The notes: generated from the letters alone by a model not told the origin. A DNA stretch of 64,000 nucleotides from Eledone cirrhosa (GCA_964016885.1 OZ024750.1:46500001-46564000); one strand, 5' to 3'; numbered from the stretch's first letter, positions 12,706 through 25,777 are shown. A program made the numbers and translations.

Positions 12706-13163
12706 TGTTTCTACATTTGGCACAAGGCCAGCAATTACCCAGTGCATTACTGGTACTTTATTTTATCGACCCCGTAAAGATGAAAGGCAAAGTTAACCTC
12801 GGCGGGATTTGAACTCAGAATAGCAAGGGCCGTAACTCTATGCGTCGAAGCATGGCAATAATGTTCCTACTTTTTGCATAAGGCCAGCAATTATCACAGA
12901 GCATTACTGGTACTTTATTTTATCGACCTCGTAAGGATGAAAGGCAAAGCTAACCTCGGTGTGATTGATTATATTAATTATTAATATAATTTCTTTTATT
13001 TGCCAAATGATATTGGATTGAGAGGGAATTACAGAGTCAATTAAAAGGATGAAAACCAAAGTTAACGTCAGCGGGATTTGAACTCAGTATGGCAAGGGCC
13101 GTAACTCTATGCATCAAAGCATGGCGTCAGACTCTCTACCGATACTGGCAATCCACCGCCCTA
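12703..13163 (-). mobile_element. Cluster of three partial SINE copies bounded by a 17-bp TSD
   Basis: SINE pieces at about 12703-12857, 12860-12960 and 13045-13163; aggaagga(t/c)agaataat at 12689-12705 and 13166-13182. Confidence 0.8.
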
Positions 13164-13297
13164 GGAGGAAGGACAGAATAATACCAGTTTATAAGCGAGA
13201 AAAAAGAAATGGTTAAAAAGCGGGCTACTAACCTCAAGATTCCGAGTACAATTCTAGGCAGTGGCCTGAACAAACGTTAAATAATAACATCACTGGG

Positions 13298-13341
13298 ACA
13301 CCTGATGAAGACTGGAGAGTACATCAGCCGAAACTTTGTGT
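13298..13341 (+). ncRNA. Minimal HHR motif in the PLE pseudo-LTR (degenerate)
   Basis: ACAC-CTGATGA-a-gaCTGgagagtacatCAGcc-GAAAC-TTT-GTGT. The expected AACGTT palindrome is mutated to AACTTT. Confidence 0.65.
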
Positions 13342-13511
13342 TAACAACAAAAGGAGATGAGAACACCTCTCCGTCCAATGTATATAATGTATATAGTTTG
13401 TCAGGTTTTACTTGTGGTATATAAATATTGAGATTTGTTGTAATAAATCACTGCCAAGACTGGAATTGAACCACCAACTCAGGTGAGGTATGTCATACAC
13501 CAATTCATATA

Positions 13512-13573
13512 TTTTATCTGATGAGGACGTACTGGAAAAACAGCACAGTACCACCGAAATATATATAATAAAA
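13512..13573 (+). ncRNA. Type I hammerhead ribozyme, family A variant, intact core
   Basis: TTTTAT-CTGATGA-GGacGTACTG...CAGTACcaCC-GAAA-TATATA-TA-ATAAAA. Confidence 0.85.
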
Positions 13574-14590
13574 CATATATTTTGATTATGTAAATGTCTC
13601 CATCTATTAATATTTTGAATAATATTAATAACTCCAGAAAACTTCACTTTTGAGTTCTTTTAATCTAGTGTAAAACTATACTCATTGAGTAATCAATGGA
13701 TAATTTATTTGTATTCATCTCCAGTCTCTAGCTATTGATCAGTTAATTTTATTGATTTTTTAGTTGATCCTATTGACTGATGAATAGCTCATGTTAATTT
13801 TAACCCGTCTGTTGAGAACTCTAATTCGATTTGTGATATTTTGTATTCATACAATATTATACACTACTGAATTCATTCGCCTAATATAGGGGTTACCTCC
13901 CTTGCTGGTCCCCACGTGGATTTAGTAACGGTTTTCCCCTGTATTATTGAACTAAACGCCTGTTAAAAAAGTGACTTCCTTGTTCATCATCTTACCAGAA
14001 GCCTGACATTTTTTATGTAGGCGGACGGTACCTGATTTAGGAGCCGCAGAAACCCAAATGCTGGATTTTACCATCTTTCCAGGGGTCCGGGTAAATTTTT
14101 CATTCATATATATTTTTATTTGTTTGACCCGAATTTTCTTGGTCGTATTTTTGGCTGTGCGAATGATTGTTTAAGCATCGTCTCAGTGTGTTGGCATTAA
14201 ACGTTAGCTATAGCTCTGGTTTATCCGAACCATTGAGCACTTTGCCGCACATTTCGAACATTGTTTTTTAGATATTTCTTGGGCCGAAGTTCCGATTCTC
14301 GATAATTTATTTGTATTTATATATACAAGAGAGAGGAAATGGTATATATTTTATCTTGTGATTTTATAGACATGTTTTATGATATATATATATATATATA
14401 CAGTATTTACGTATCGAGAAAGAGAAAAAAAGGGGAGGATAGGTGATACATGTAGTTATTTGCCAAGTAGCGTATGCCAAAGGTGTTCGATACTAGTGCC
14501 GGCAGTATTAAATATTGGAAGTGTTAATATTTAGTGGGCTAGAGAGTTAGAGAGTTCCGAGCAATATAAGGAACACTTTTCATTATTTAT

Positions 14591-14628
14591 ACCCTTGAGA
14601 AGCCTAACTGGGCGAAACGTACGTAGGT
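14591..14628 (+). ncRNA. Minimal HHR-like motif with non-canonical core
   Basis: ACC-CTTGAGAA-GCCtaactgGGC-GAAAC-GTAC-GTA-GGT. All three stems pair and stem III is the palindrome ACGTACGT. Confidence 0.55.
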
Positions 14629-14684
14629 GCTGTTTTAAATAAACATGTTTTAACGGTCTTTTCTCCGAATTTTTACTTTCCCAC

Positions 14685-14740
<56 letters not shown>

Positions 14741-14754
14741 TTCGTTTCTGAATT

Positions 14755-15050
14755 TGTTTAGCAAGATCCTTTATCTGAAAACGTGTGTTGTAACCGTTAT
14801 TGTTATACTTTGGGAGGGTCATGTTGCCAATAAGAAACACACGCACCAGATGCTTTAACTTCAATTTATTATAAATTAAATGTATAAATTTAAGAATTTA
14901 TTAATTTCCGGTTGGTTGGCTGGTTCCACAAGCATACGATTGTTCATATATTGTCAACATTCTTTCGTCACACATTCTATGACCTCTTCAGTGACTGGGG
15001 ATTCTTTTCTTTGTTTTTGTGCCTCTCCTTTGTTCTGTCCTACGCCATCT
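14755..15050 (-). mobile_element. Family-D element with HHR motif (14953-14995)
   Basis: Minus: GTCA-CTGAAGA-gGTCAtagaatgtgTGAC-GAAA-gaatgt-TGAC, with a degenerate stem III. Homologous to 27590-27790. Confidence 0.65.
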
Positions 15051-15051
15051 T

Positions 15052-15107
<56 letters not shown>

Positions 15108-15110
<3 letters not shown>

Positions 15111-15317
15111 AGTTAATATAAATTAATATATGATAAACACCAATATAAACACCATAATATAAGCGTTTGTATTGTAAACGACCAAGTTAGCTAGACTGAA
15201 AAATAGTATTAGATTGAAAATTAGTATTTTTCAATCTAGCTAACTTGGTCGTTTACAATACAAACGTTTATATGTTTATATTGGTGTTTATCATATATTA
15301 ATTTATATTAACTTGTA
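15108..15317. repeat. Fold-back inverted repeat (arms about 95 bp) next to (TA)n
   Basis: 15108-15205 is the reverse complement of 15225-15317. A related fragment lies at about 11125-11165. Confidence 0.85.
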
Positions 15318-15392
15318 TTTCACGGCTCAGAAATGCTTCTTTCTTTGAGCTAATTAATTGTAAAAGACTGTTTGAGTTTATAACTCTAAATA

Positions 15393-15424
<32 letters not shown>

Positions 15425-15689
15425 ATTTATTCTATTTACCATGTTGTTTTGATTTCTGAGTATATTGTGTAGCGATTTGGCTCCACGATTTGTTTTCAGA
15501 TTCCCACATGTCAAGCAAACAAGTTTCTTACATGTTTTTTTAAAGAATGAATGGGCTGTGCTATCTAATAAACATATATGATTGTTATTGTTGTTGTTGT
15601 TAATGTTATTATTACTGTTTCATGCGAGGTTCTCTACAGAAACTATTCCATTTAAAAGAATCGCTATTTCTCTATTTCAAAAGTTATTT

Positions 15690-15739
<50 letters not shown>

Positions 15740-16211
15740 CACACCCCCCACACCCCACACACACATACGCATACACACACACACACAAACACACACACAA
15801 CATATATATAGATATATAAATTTCTACATTCATGCATTCAAAATATTTGCACATTTTCCTTATTCATATATGCTGATATTAAGACTCACATTGACACACA
15901 TACATACACACACACGGACACATGTGTGTATGTATGTGTGTGTGTGTTAGTGTGTGTCTTATATATGTGTGTGTGTGTGTATAACATATATATATATGTG
16001 TATATATATATATGTAGAAGTTATATTTAATTTGTTGGGATTCCAACAAACTTAAAAGTTTATAACTGCTATAGAGCACTCAACATTTCGTGGAGTAAAT
16101 ATTCAATATATTAATAAATGGAAACTATATAAATGGAAACACTATCCAGCGGATTTTCAACCGTCAAGGTTGTTTTCCATGGTTATGTCACTATCTATGA
16201 AATAAATTTTG

Positions 16212-16276
16212 TATTTTATCTGATGAAAGCGCACCAAGTTTGGCTTGGTCGCCCTTGAAATATATATAATAAAATA
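16212..16276 (+). ncRNA. Type I hammerhead ribozyme, family A, intact core
   Basis: TATTTTAT-CTGATGA-AAGcgcACCAAGtttggCTTGGTcgccCTT-GAAA-TATATA-TA-ATAAAATA, with a perfect 8-bp stem I. Confidence 0.9.
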
Positions 16277-16316
16277 ATTATGGTTTTATAAATATAGTTT
16301 CCATTTATTAATATGT

Positions 16317-16396
<80 letters not shown>

Positions 16397-16425
16397 GGGA
16401 GAGAGAGAGAGAAAGGGAGAGAGAA

Positions 16426-16456
<31 letters not shown>

Positions 16457-16539
16457 TAGTGAGAGAGATAGTGAAATACGTTCATACATGCAATATATTT
16501 GCACGTTTTCGTTATTCATATAAAAACACACAAAAACAC

Positions 16540-17636
16540 ACGCACCCTCATCTTCAAACACACACAGACAAACACATACACACATACAAACACACGAACC
16601 CCCATCTCAAAACACACTCACACAAACAGACGAACCTCCCATCTCCAAACACACACACACACAAACGCACACACCTTCCATCTCCAAACACACCACACAC
16701 ACACATATGAATCACACGCATCCCCATCTCCAAACACACACACACAAACATACGCACATCCATCTCCAAACACATACACAAACACACGCACGCCCCCATC
16801 TCTAAACACACACACCCCTATCTCCAAACACACACACACATACAAACACACGCACCCCCATCTCCAAACACACTCACACAAACACACGCACCCCCATCTC
16901 CAAATACACACACACAAACACATGCACCCTCCATCTCCAAACTCACACTCACATACAAACACACGCACCCCCATCTCCAAATACACACACTCACACAAAC
17001 AGACGTACCCTCCACCTCCAAACACACACACACATACAAACACACGCACTCCCATTTCCAAACACACGCACCCCTATCTCCAAACACACACACACATACA
17101 AACACGCGCACCCCCATCTCCAAACACACTCACTCACACAAACACACGCACCCACCCACCATCTCCAAAAACACACACACAAACACATACACCTTCCATC
17201 ACCAAACACACACTCACACAAACACACACACCCTTCTATCTCCAAACACACTCACACAAACACACGCACCCTTCCATCACCAAACACACACTCACACAAA
17301 CACACACACCCTTCCATCTCCAAACACACACTCACACAAACACACGCACCCTTCCATCTCCAAACACACTCACACAAACACACGCACCCTTCCATCTCCA
17401 AACACACTCACACAAACACACGCACCCTTCCATCTCCAAACACACTCACACAAACACACGCACCCTTCCATCTCTAAACACACTCACACAAACACACGCA
17501 CCCTTCCATCACCAAACACACTCACACAAACACACGCACCCTTCCATCTCCAAACACACTCACACAAACACACGCACCCTTCCATCACCAAACACACGCA
17601 CCCTTCCATCACCAAACACACTCACACAAACACACG
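16540..17636. repeat. Minisatellite, unit about 38 bp (cacccttccatctccaaacacactcacacaaacacacg)
   Basis: Direct tandem periodicity, most homogeneous after about 17200; explains the 380-aa ORF. Confidence 0.9.
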
Positions 17637-18007
17637 AGTGAACACCAAGAATTATGTCTCTTTCTATTCAAACGTGGCTTGAAAATTTTTTTGATTCTGA
17701 TTTTCTTAAATTTTTTTCTGTAAGAATTTCAATGCGATTTATAAAAAAAAAAAATAGAATTATTGATAAATGAATATTTTGCATAAATCTTGAGCAAACG
17801 TCTGTAAAGGGATGAAAAGGTGTGACGGGAAGGAGGAGGACAGGGTTTAAATGTAAACAGAAAAACAAAATGAGCGAAAAAATGTGTAAACAGCCTCGAC
17901 AAACACAAGTTGAACAATAACAATAACCACTACAACAATAACAATAACAACAACAATACCAATAATAACAACAACAATAACAATGACGACAACAACAATG
18001 ATAACAA

Positions 18008-18195
18008 TAATGGTTTCTACTTTAGGCACAAGGCCAGCAATTACTCAGTGCATTACTGGTACTTTATTTTATCGACCCCCGTAAGGATGAAAGGCAAAGT
18101 CAACCTCGGCGGGATTTGAACTCAGATCGTTAAGGGACGTAACTATGCTGGAAAGCATGGCGTCCGACACTCTACCGATACTGCCAATCCACCGC
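18008..18195 (-). mobile_element. tRNA-derived SINE with TSD acaatgataacaataat
   Basis: Consensus match, with the flanking duplication on both sides inside an (AAC/AAT)n tract. Confidence 0.85.
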
Positions 18196-18289
18196 TATAT
18201 GATAACAATGATAACAATAATACTAACATAAAATAACACCAACTATAATGAAAACAGCAGCTACAAAGATAACAACTACTATAACATCT

Positions 18290-20252
18290 ACACTGGGTAG
18301 CACAATAACAGCAATAACAACAACAGCAACAGCAGGCAGCACAATAACAGCAATAACAACAACAGCAACAGCAGGCAGCACAATAACAGCAATAACAACA
18401 GCAACAGCAGGTAGCACAATAACAGCAATAACAACAACAGCAACAGCAGGTCCAACAATAACAGCAATAACAACAACAGCCACAGCAGGTATCACAATAA
18501 CAGCAATAACAACAACATCAACAGCAGGTAGCACAATAACAGCAATAACAACAACAGCAACAGCGGGTAGCACAATAACAGCAATAACAACAACAGCAAC
18601 AGCAGGCAGCACAATAACAGCAATAACAACATCAACAGCAGGTAGCACAATAACAGAAATAACAACAGCAACAGCAGGTAGCACAATAACAGCAATAACA
18701 ACAACAGCAACAGCAGGTAGCACAATAACAGCAATAATAACAACAGCAACAACAGTTAGCACAATAACAGCAATAATAACAACAGCAACAGCAGGTAGCA
18801 CAATAACAGCAATAATAACAACAGCAACAGCAGGTAGCACAATAACAGCAATAATAACAACAGCAACAGCAGGTCCAACAATAACAGCAATAACAACAAC
18901 AGCAACAGCATGTAGCACAATAACAGCAATAACAACAACAGCAACAGCAGGTAGCACAATAACAGCAATAATAACAACAGCAACAGCAGGTAGCACAATA
19001 ACAGCAATAATAACAACAGCAACAGCAGGTAGCACAATAACAGCAATAACAACAACAGCAACAGCATGTAGCAGAATAACAGCAATAATAACAACAGCAA
19101 CAGCATGTAGCACAATAACAGCAATAACAACAACAGCAACAGCATGTAGCACAATAACAGCAATAATAACAACAGCAACAGCAGGTAGCACAATAACAGC
19201 AATAACAACAACAGCAACAGCATGTAGCACAATAACAGCAATAACAACAACAGCATAAGCAGGTAGCACAATAACAGCAATAACAACAACAGCATAAGCA
19301 GGTAGCACAATAACAGCAATAACAACAACAACAACAGCAGGTAGCACAATAACAGCAATAACAACAACAGCAACAGTAGGTAGCACAATAACAGCAATAA
19401 CAACAACAACAACAGCAGGTACCACAATAACAACAACATCAACAGCAGGTAGCACAATAACAGCAATAACAACAACAGCAACAGCATGTAGCACGATAAC
19501 AGCAATAACAACAACAGCAACAGCAGGTACCACAATAACAGCAATAATAACAACAGCAACAGCAGGTAGCACAATAACAGCAATAACAACAACAGCAACA
19601 GCAGGTCCAACAATAACAGCAATAACAACAACAGCCACAGCAGGTATCACAATAACAGCAATAACAACAACAGCCACAGCAGGTACCACAATAACAACAA
19701 TAACAACAAGAGCAACAGCAGGTAGCACAATAACAGCTATAACAACAACAGCAACAGCAGGTAGCAAATAACAGCAATAACAACAACAGTAACAGCAGTT
19801 AGTACAATAACAGCAATAACAACAACGGCAACAGCAGGTAGCACAATAACAGCAATAATAACAACAGCAACAGCAGGTAGCACAATAACAGCAATAACAA
19901 CAACAGCAACAGCAGGTACCACAATAACAGCAATAACAACAACAGCAACAGCAGGTAGCACAATAACAGCAATAACAACAACAGCAACAGCAGGTCCAAC
20001 AATAACAGCAATAACAACAACAGCCACAGCAGGTACCACAATAACAGCAATAACAACAACAGCCACAGCAGGTAGCACAATAACAGCAATAACAACAACA
20101 GCAACAGCAGGTAGCACAATAACAGCTATAACAACAACAACACCAGCAGGTAGCACAATAACAGCAATAACAACAACAGCAACAGCAGGTAGCACAATAA
20201 CAGCAATAACAACAACAGCAACAGCAGGTAGCACAATAACAGCAATAACAAC
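18290..20252. repeat. 39-bp minisatellite (ggtagcacaataacagcaataacaacaacagcaacagca), about 50 copies
   Basis: Tandem unit equals 13 codons (GSTITAITTTATA). In-frame TAA stops near 19256 and 19295 and a frameshift near 19766. Confidence 0.95.
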
Positions 20253-20253
20253 G

Positions 20254-20640
20254 ATTTCATTTATTAGCCACAAGGGCCGACATGTAGGGGACAATACAAA
20301 GACTGGGACAGTGGGGGTTTACAATCATGTCGAGTAAAAGTGCACAATGGCAAGACTAATTTAACAATGAAAATATAAAAAATATAAAATAAACTATGCA
20401 TAAATATAACAAAATAAATTCCCCGATATGGGTTGACGATCCTGGCGTGACTCGGGTACCCCACCAATTCTAAACCACCCTGCGCTTATAGGGCACCCAG
20501 GTAGAGCACCCCTCTCCTCAAGTTAGCTAGGCTATAGACGCATGGTCAGAGTAGGCCCATTCACACGGGCCATTCTCGCCACATACATCCACCTTTTAGC
20601 AAATTTACTGGGGTTCAGGGCAGCACTTCTCTATCCACCC
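20254..20640 (-). mobile_element. L1/Tx1 LINE 3' end
   Basis: Minus reads KFAKRWMYVARMARVNGPTLTMRL*, then a UTR ending cccttgtggctAATAAA. Inserted into the AAC-rich tract. Confidence 0.75.
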
Positions 20641-21128
20641 TCACCCTCCTTAATAATAGCAACAACAGCAACAGTAGGAACCACAATATCAGCAACAACA
20701 ACAATGACAGCACCAGAAACAACAACAGTAACATTAACAATAACAACAACAAAAACAATGACAGCATCTGAAGCAACAGCAGCAGCAATAACAACAACAA
20801 CAAAACTAACAACTGCAGCTAAAATAGCAATAGCAACGCGCACAACAACATCCACAACAACAATCTTACTCCGACAATATAAAGATAATTTTTGGAATGT
20901 AAAGACAAACAAAATCTTTGTAAAAGTATATATACACACATGTGCTCATGTATGTATGTATCTATGTATGTACGTATGTAAGTATGGATGCATGTATGCA
21001 TGTATGTATGTAAGCATGTATGCATGTATGTATGTATGTGTGTACGTATGCATGAATATACGTACGTATGTATGTACGTATGTATGTTAGTATGTATGTA
21101 TGTATGTATGCATATATGTATGCATGTT

Positions 21129-21740
21129 ATGGTCAGGTCACCAGTTGGTGCTACTGGTAACATGTATCCCAGTACAACCTGTCCCATGGTCGGGTCGTTG
21201 GCGACTAAACTGGCAACCCCACCAAGGTTTCTTGGTGAGGAGGGTGACTTTGGACATCCTGCAGGACTAAAAACAAAACCTGTCAAAGGGCAAAGGAGCT
21301 CTTAAGAGTCAATGGCCATCCAAAATCACCGGGAGAGATGACCCCTGAGCCTTTGTCAAGGCAGAATTCTAGGAGAAGGAAAACTGTGATATAACACCTG
21401 CAACCCTGATGGTATCCAATGATGTTGACTTGTTCTTCTTTTTGGTAAATAACATCTTGGTTAAGAGAGTGGGACTGGCTTTGTGCAGTGCCTTTGCTCA
21501 CTATAAAAGCTTCACGGCACAGGCATTGCTTTATATCTGGAGATCTCTCTGCACTTGTCGTCACATGGTACCATGGGCCCAGCAATATGTGTCAATAATT
21601 GTCACAAGTGTAGTGTTTGTACAGAGTTTTCAAGTCGCTGGCAGGACTAAAAAGTCACATTCGTTCAGCACATCGGTAGGGGTTTTCCTACATGGATAAA
21701 AAATAGTGGCCGTACTCGAAAACGAGTTGGCAGCCACCAT
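21129..21740 (+). mobile_element. Short non-autonomous RTE-like element with C2H2-finger 3' end and (ATGT)n tail
   Basis: The 3' part encodes CSVCT..KSLAGLKSHIRSAHR* (frameshifted), then a gtactcgaaaacgagt hairpin and atgtatgta. No RT sequence. Embedded in (ATGT)n. Confidence 0.65.
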
Positions 21741-22059
21741 GTATGTACGTATGTAAGTATGCATGCATGTATATATATATGTGTGTACGTATGCATGTAT
21801 ATACGTACGCATGTACATACGTATGTATGTTAGTATGTATGTATGCATGTATGTATGCATAAATGCATGTATGTATGGATGTACGTATATACGTACGTAT
21901 GTATGTATATATATGTAAGTATTATGTATCTATGTATGTACGTATGCAAGTATGCATGCACGTATGCATGTATGTATGTATGTATGTATGTATGTAAGTA
22001 TGTATGCATGTATGTATGTATGTGTGTACGTATGTATGTATGTATATATATATGTAAGT

Positions 22060-22502
22060 ATCTTAAGAGTCAATGGCCATCCGAAATCACCGGGAAAAAT
22101 GACCCCTTAGCCTTTGTCAAGGCAGAATTCTAGGAGAAGGAAAACTCTGATATAACACCAGCAACCCTGATGGTATCCAATAATGTTGACTTGTTCTTCT
22201 TTTTGGTAAATATCATCTTGGTTAAGAGAGTGGGACTGGCTTTGTGCATTGCCTTTGCTCACTATAAAAGCTTCACGGTACAGGCATTGCTTTATATCTG
22301 GAGATCTCTCTGCACTTGTCATCACATGGTACCATGGGCCCAGCACTATGTGTCAATAATTGTCACAAGTGCAGTGTTTGTACCAGAGTTTACAAGTCGC
22401 TGGCTGGACTAAAAAAATCACACTCGTTCAGCGCATCGGTAGGGGTTCTCCTACATGGATATAAAGTAGTGGCCGTACTCGAAAACGAGTTGGCAGCCAC
22501 CA
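22060..22502 (+). mobile_element. Second, 5'-truncated copy of the 21129-21740 element
   Basis: Near-identical to 21300-21740, with the same 3' junction into atgtatgta. Confidence 0.75.
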
Positions 22503-23478
22503 TGTATGTATCTATGGACGTAAATACGTACATACACCAGCATAAATATATGTGGCTTCAAACTTTGATTTCATTAACAAACATCCAGAATTCCATTTAA
22601 ATGTGACATGACAGCCAATCTCTTTCAATAGGAAATATTTGTCAAAACTCATTCATTTTCATGGAATTTCTTCAAGGCCACAGGTGGAGAATGAGCCGAA
22701 TGTCGCCCTTTTCATCTCTTCCATCTCCAATCGATACTCAAAAACTCTGTAAATATTGTTCATCTTTTTCTCATTAACAAAAGACGTTAGAACATACGAT
22801 AAAATACCCTGTGTTGTTTGTTTCGTCCCTCTATCTTCCCAGTTCAAATCCTACCAAGATCAATCTTGCTTCCCGTCATTTCGGGGGTCCATAGAACATG
22901 CAACTGCTCCATGATAATGGATTGGCGGAATAGTCAGAGCGTCGGACGAGATACCTTGTTGTATTTGTTTTCCTACTTTGTGATGTGAGAGCAAATCACA
23001 CCATCTTCACGCCTGACGATGAGTCTTCCAGTCGTTTTAAACAATTCTTACTCACCACAGAGATCTGTTGTATCCCCGTCTGTTCGGGCGATGAGCGTTC
23101 CATATGCTTCAAGCAATGGTCATAAGGTGAAACGAAATGTATTGTTCAAGGGCACAACGCTCCGCAGGGATTTCAGCGTACAACCTTACAACCGTGAGTC
23201 GAACTCCTCTACCACTAACTCATGTGACTTCACTACACGTGAATAATACAGAAACATAAGCATGCCAGGTGTACACAACTAAGAAATAAAATCATTGCCA
23301 ATGTCTCTCCTATTACACACAATCAATGCACCTGTGTGTTAGCTGTTGTCCACATTAATAGTCTCAATCTCTGTCAGTCTCTTTTTCTTTCTCCTTTCTA
23401 TATTTCTCTACTCTCTCTCTCATATTCTTACCCTCCCCCATCCCCTCTCGCTGTATATACTGTATATATATATATATA

Positions 23479-23567
<89 letters not shown>

Positions 23568-23690
23568 TTTATAGTTATGTAAACACTATATACAACTATA
23601 ACAGGAAAGGTCAGTAATTCATTACTACCTTATTACCAGTAAGAAAAATAGCTCAATGTAAATACCTCAGATGTTTTACAGAGCAGGAAT

Positions 23691-24382
23691 ATAAATTACA
23701 CAATAATCAAAGCTATGTTGAAATCATTTTATTGCTGATAATCGTTTCTTCCAAACTTTCGTTTGGATTTATCGGAGCACTAGCAATGTTTGTACATATA
23801 ATTAACCTCCTATTCAACTGAACAATCATATAGATACATGGATATCAATGTTGTCAACAACAGTTTCGTATTTACAGAGTGGAATAGATGCGACATAGAT
23901 TACAAAAGAATTGTACAATAATTAAAATTAAAAATTTAAAATTAAAAAGGCTCATAGTGGATGCATGCGACAGAGATTGCAAGGGAATAGTATAATAATT
24001 AAAGAGGAATTAAGGTATAAAATTACTCGTAAAACAGGGACACTTGCAGTACATATGCAAGAAATGTTCTACCTTAATGCCTCTTTAATTATTATACTAT
24101 TTCCTGTCGAATGCATTCCATTCTGTGCCTTTTTAATTTTTAATTTTTAATTTTAATTATTTTACAATTCTCTTGTAATCTATGTCGCATCCATTCCACT
24201 CTGTAAATACGAAACTGTTGTTGACAACATTGATATCCATGTATCTATATGATTGTTCAGTAGAATAGGAGGTTAATTATATGTACACACAATGCTAGTG
24301 CTCCTATGAAACCAAACGAAAGTTTGGAAGAAACGATTGTCAGCAATAAAATGATTTTCAACATAGCTTTGATTATTGTGTA

Positions 24383-24387
<5 letters not shown>
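23691..24387. repeat. Long fold-back inverted repeat (arms about 330 bp, spacer about 30 bp)
   Basis: 23691-24030 is the reverse complement of 24060-24387 with scattered substitutions and one indel. Ends in (TA)n. Confidence 0.9.
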
Positions 24388-24474
<87 letters not shown>

Positions 24475-24513
24475 ATATGTATATTTATATTTTTTAAAAA
24501 ATATATATATATA

Positions 24514-24575
<62 letters not shown>

Positions 24576-24605
24576 TATAAAAATAGATATATATACATAC
24601 ACACG

Positions 24606-24636
<31 letters not shown>

Positions 24637-24760
24637 GTATATATATAGAGAGAGAGAAAATTGAGGTTGGTAATGGCACATGGAATATATAAGAGACAGA
24701 ATACTTTTTTGTGAAAAAACATAATTTTATAAGGTAAGGAAATAATAAAGGGTATAAAAA

Positions 24761-24802
24761 ATGACCGGTTTCGATGGGTCTGCAAAAGCCATCTTTTCAA
24801 AT
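24761..24802 (-). ncRNA. Degenerate minimal HHR motif
   Basis: Minus: AT-TTGAAAA-GATGGcttttgcagacCCATC-GAAAC-CG-GTC-AT. Stem II and the ACCGGT palindrome are intact; the first core box has two changes. Confidence 0.5.
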
Positions 24803-25056
24803 GTTGATTAATATTAAGAAAAATTAATAATACGAAGAGTTAAAATTTGAGACTTGAAAATTCAAGTATAAAATTCATTGTGGGATTTCATAGCAGTTTT
24901 CATCTAGGTAGCAACAACAGGTTGACTGCTGTGTCCCTTTCTGGTAGTGAATGTATATATATATATATATACATGTATATATATATATATATACATGTAT
25001 ATATATATATTTATGTATTGATAAACGCATACATACACACACAAACACACACACGT

Positions 25057-25112
<56 letters not shown>

Positions 25113-25143
25113 ATCTAAATATGCATATATATTATATATACAC

Positions 25144-25229
<86 letters not shown>

Positions 25230-25743
25230 GTGTATATATAATATATATATATATATATAATATATATGCACATTTAGATACACACACATATGTTGGCTGA
25301 AAATTTATTTTAAAATCCATTACTCAATATTCCACAATATGTATTGAACTATTGAGCGCTTTCTTTAGTTGATGCCTTTCATTTTACGAGAAGAAAAAAG
25401 CAACACACACTAATTATAATTATATAATATAGAAGGTTTAATTAAAACTTTAGAAAAGTAACTCTCCTCCACATAGACTGAGATTAATATCTAATTTAAT
25501 CACTTTGCCTGCAAATTTGGGGGAAGGGGAAAATTGATTGAATCGGCCCCAATACTTGATGGGTACTTTCCTTTATCGATCCCGGAAAGATGACAGGATT
25601 TCCAGTGTGAACTGTCGTTTTTATCTGACTCTACCAATTTTGTTTGTCCCAAACCTTCATGGATGCTAATAATTAAAAAGCAATAAAAGAAGCTATATAT
25701 ATATATCTATATCTATCTATATATATATATATATATATATGCA

Positions 25744-25777
<34 letters not shown>

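Larger units (their letters stand above)
11715..13390. mobile_element. Penelope-like element 3' remnant with inverted pseudo-LTRs, interrupted by RTE and SINE insertions
   Basis: The + copy at about 13195-13390 is mirrored on - at 12062-12175 plus 11715-11800. An ORF tail at 12560-12705 lies between them, and the repeat contains an HHR motif. Confidence 0.7.

Noticed and set aside
13740-13850. Weak PLE linker-like peptide (VLNRRVKINMSYSS) on the minus strand
   Set aside because: Too short and too degenerate to support without a profile search.
16499-17641. 380-aa His/Thr/Pro-rich ORF
   Set aside because: Comes from a 38-bp (non-triplet) minisatellite that lacks stops by composition.
18223-19767. 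514-aa hydrophobic ORF and Cys-rich alternative frames
   Set aside because: Antisense and alternative readings of the 39-bp minisatellite.
22659-22847. Minus-strand 62-aa ORF as an exon
   Set aside because: Purine-rich acceptor context, overlap with a SINE remnant, and no recognisable homology.
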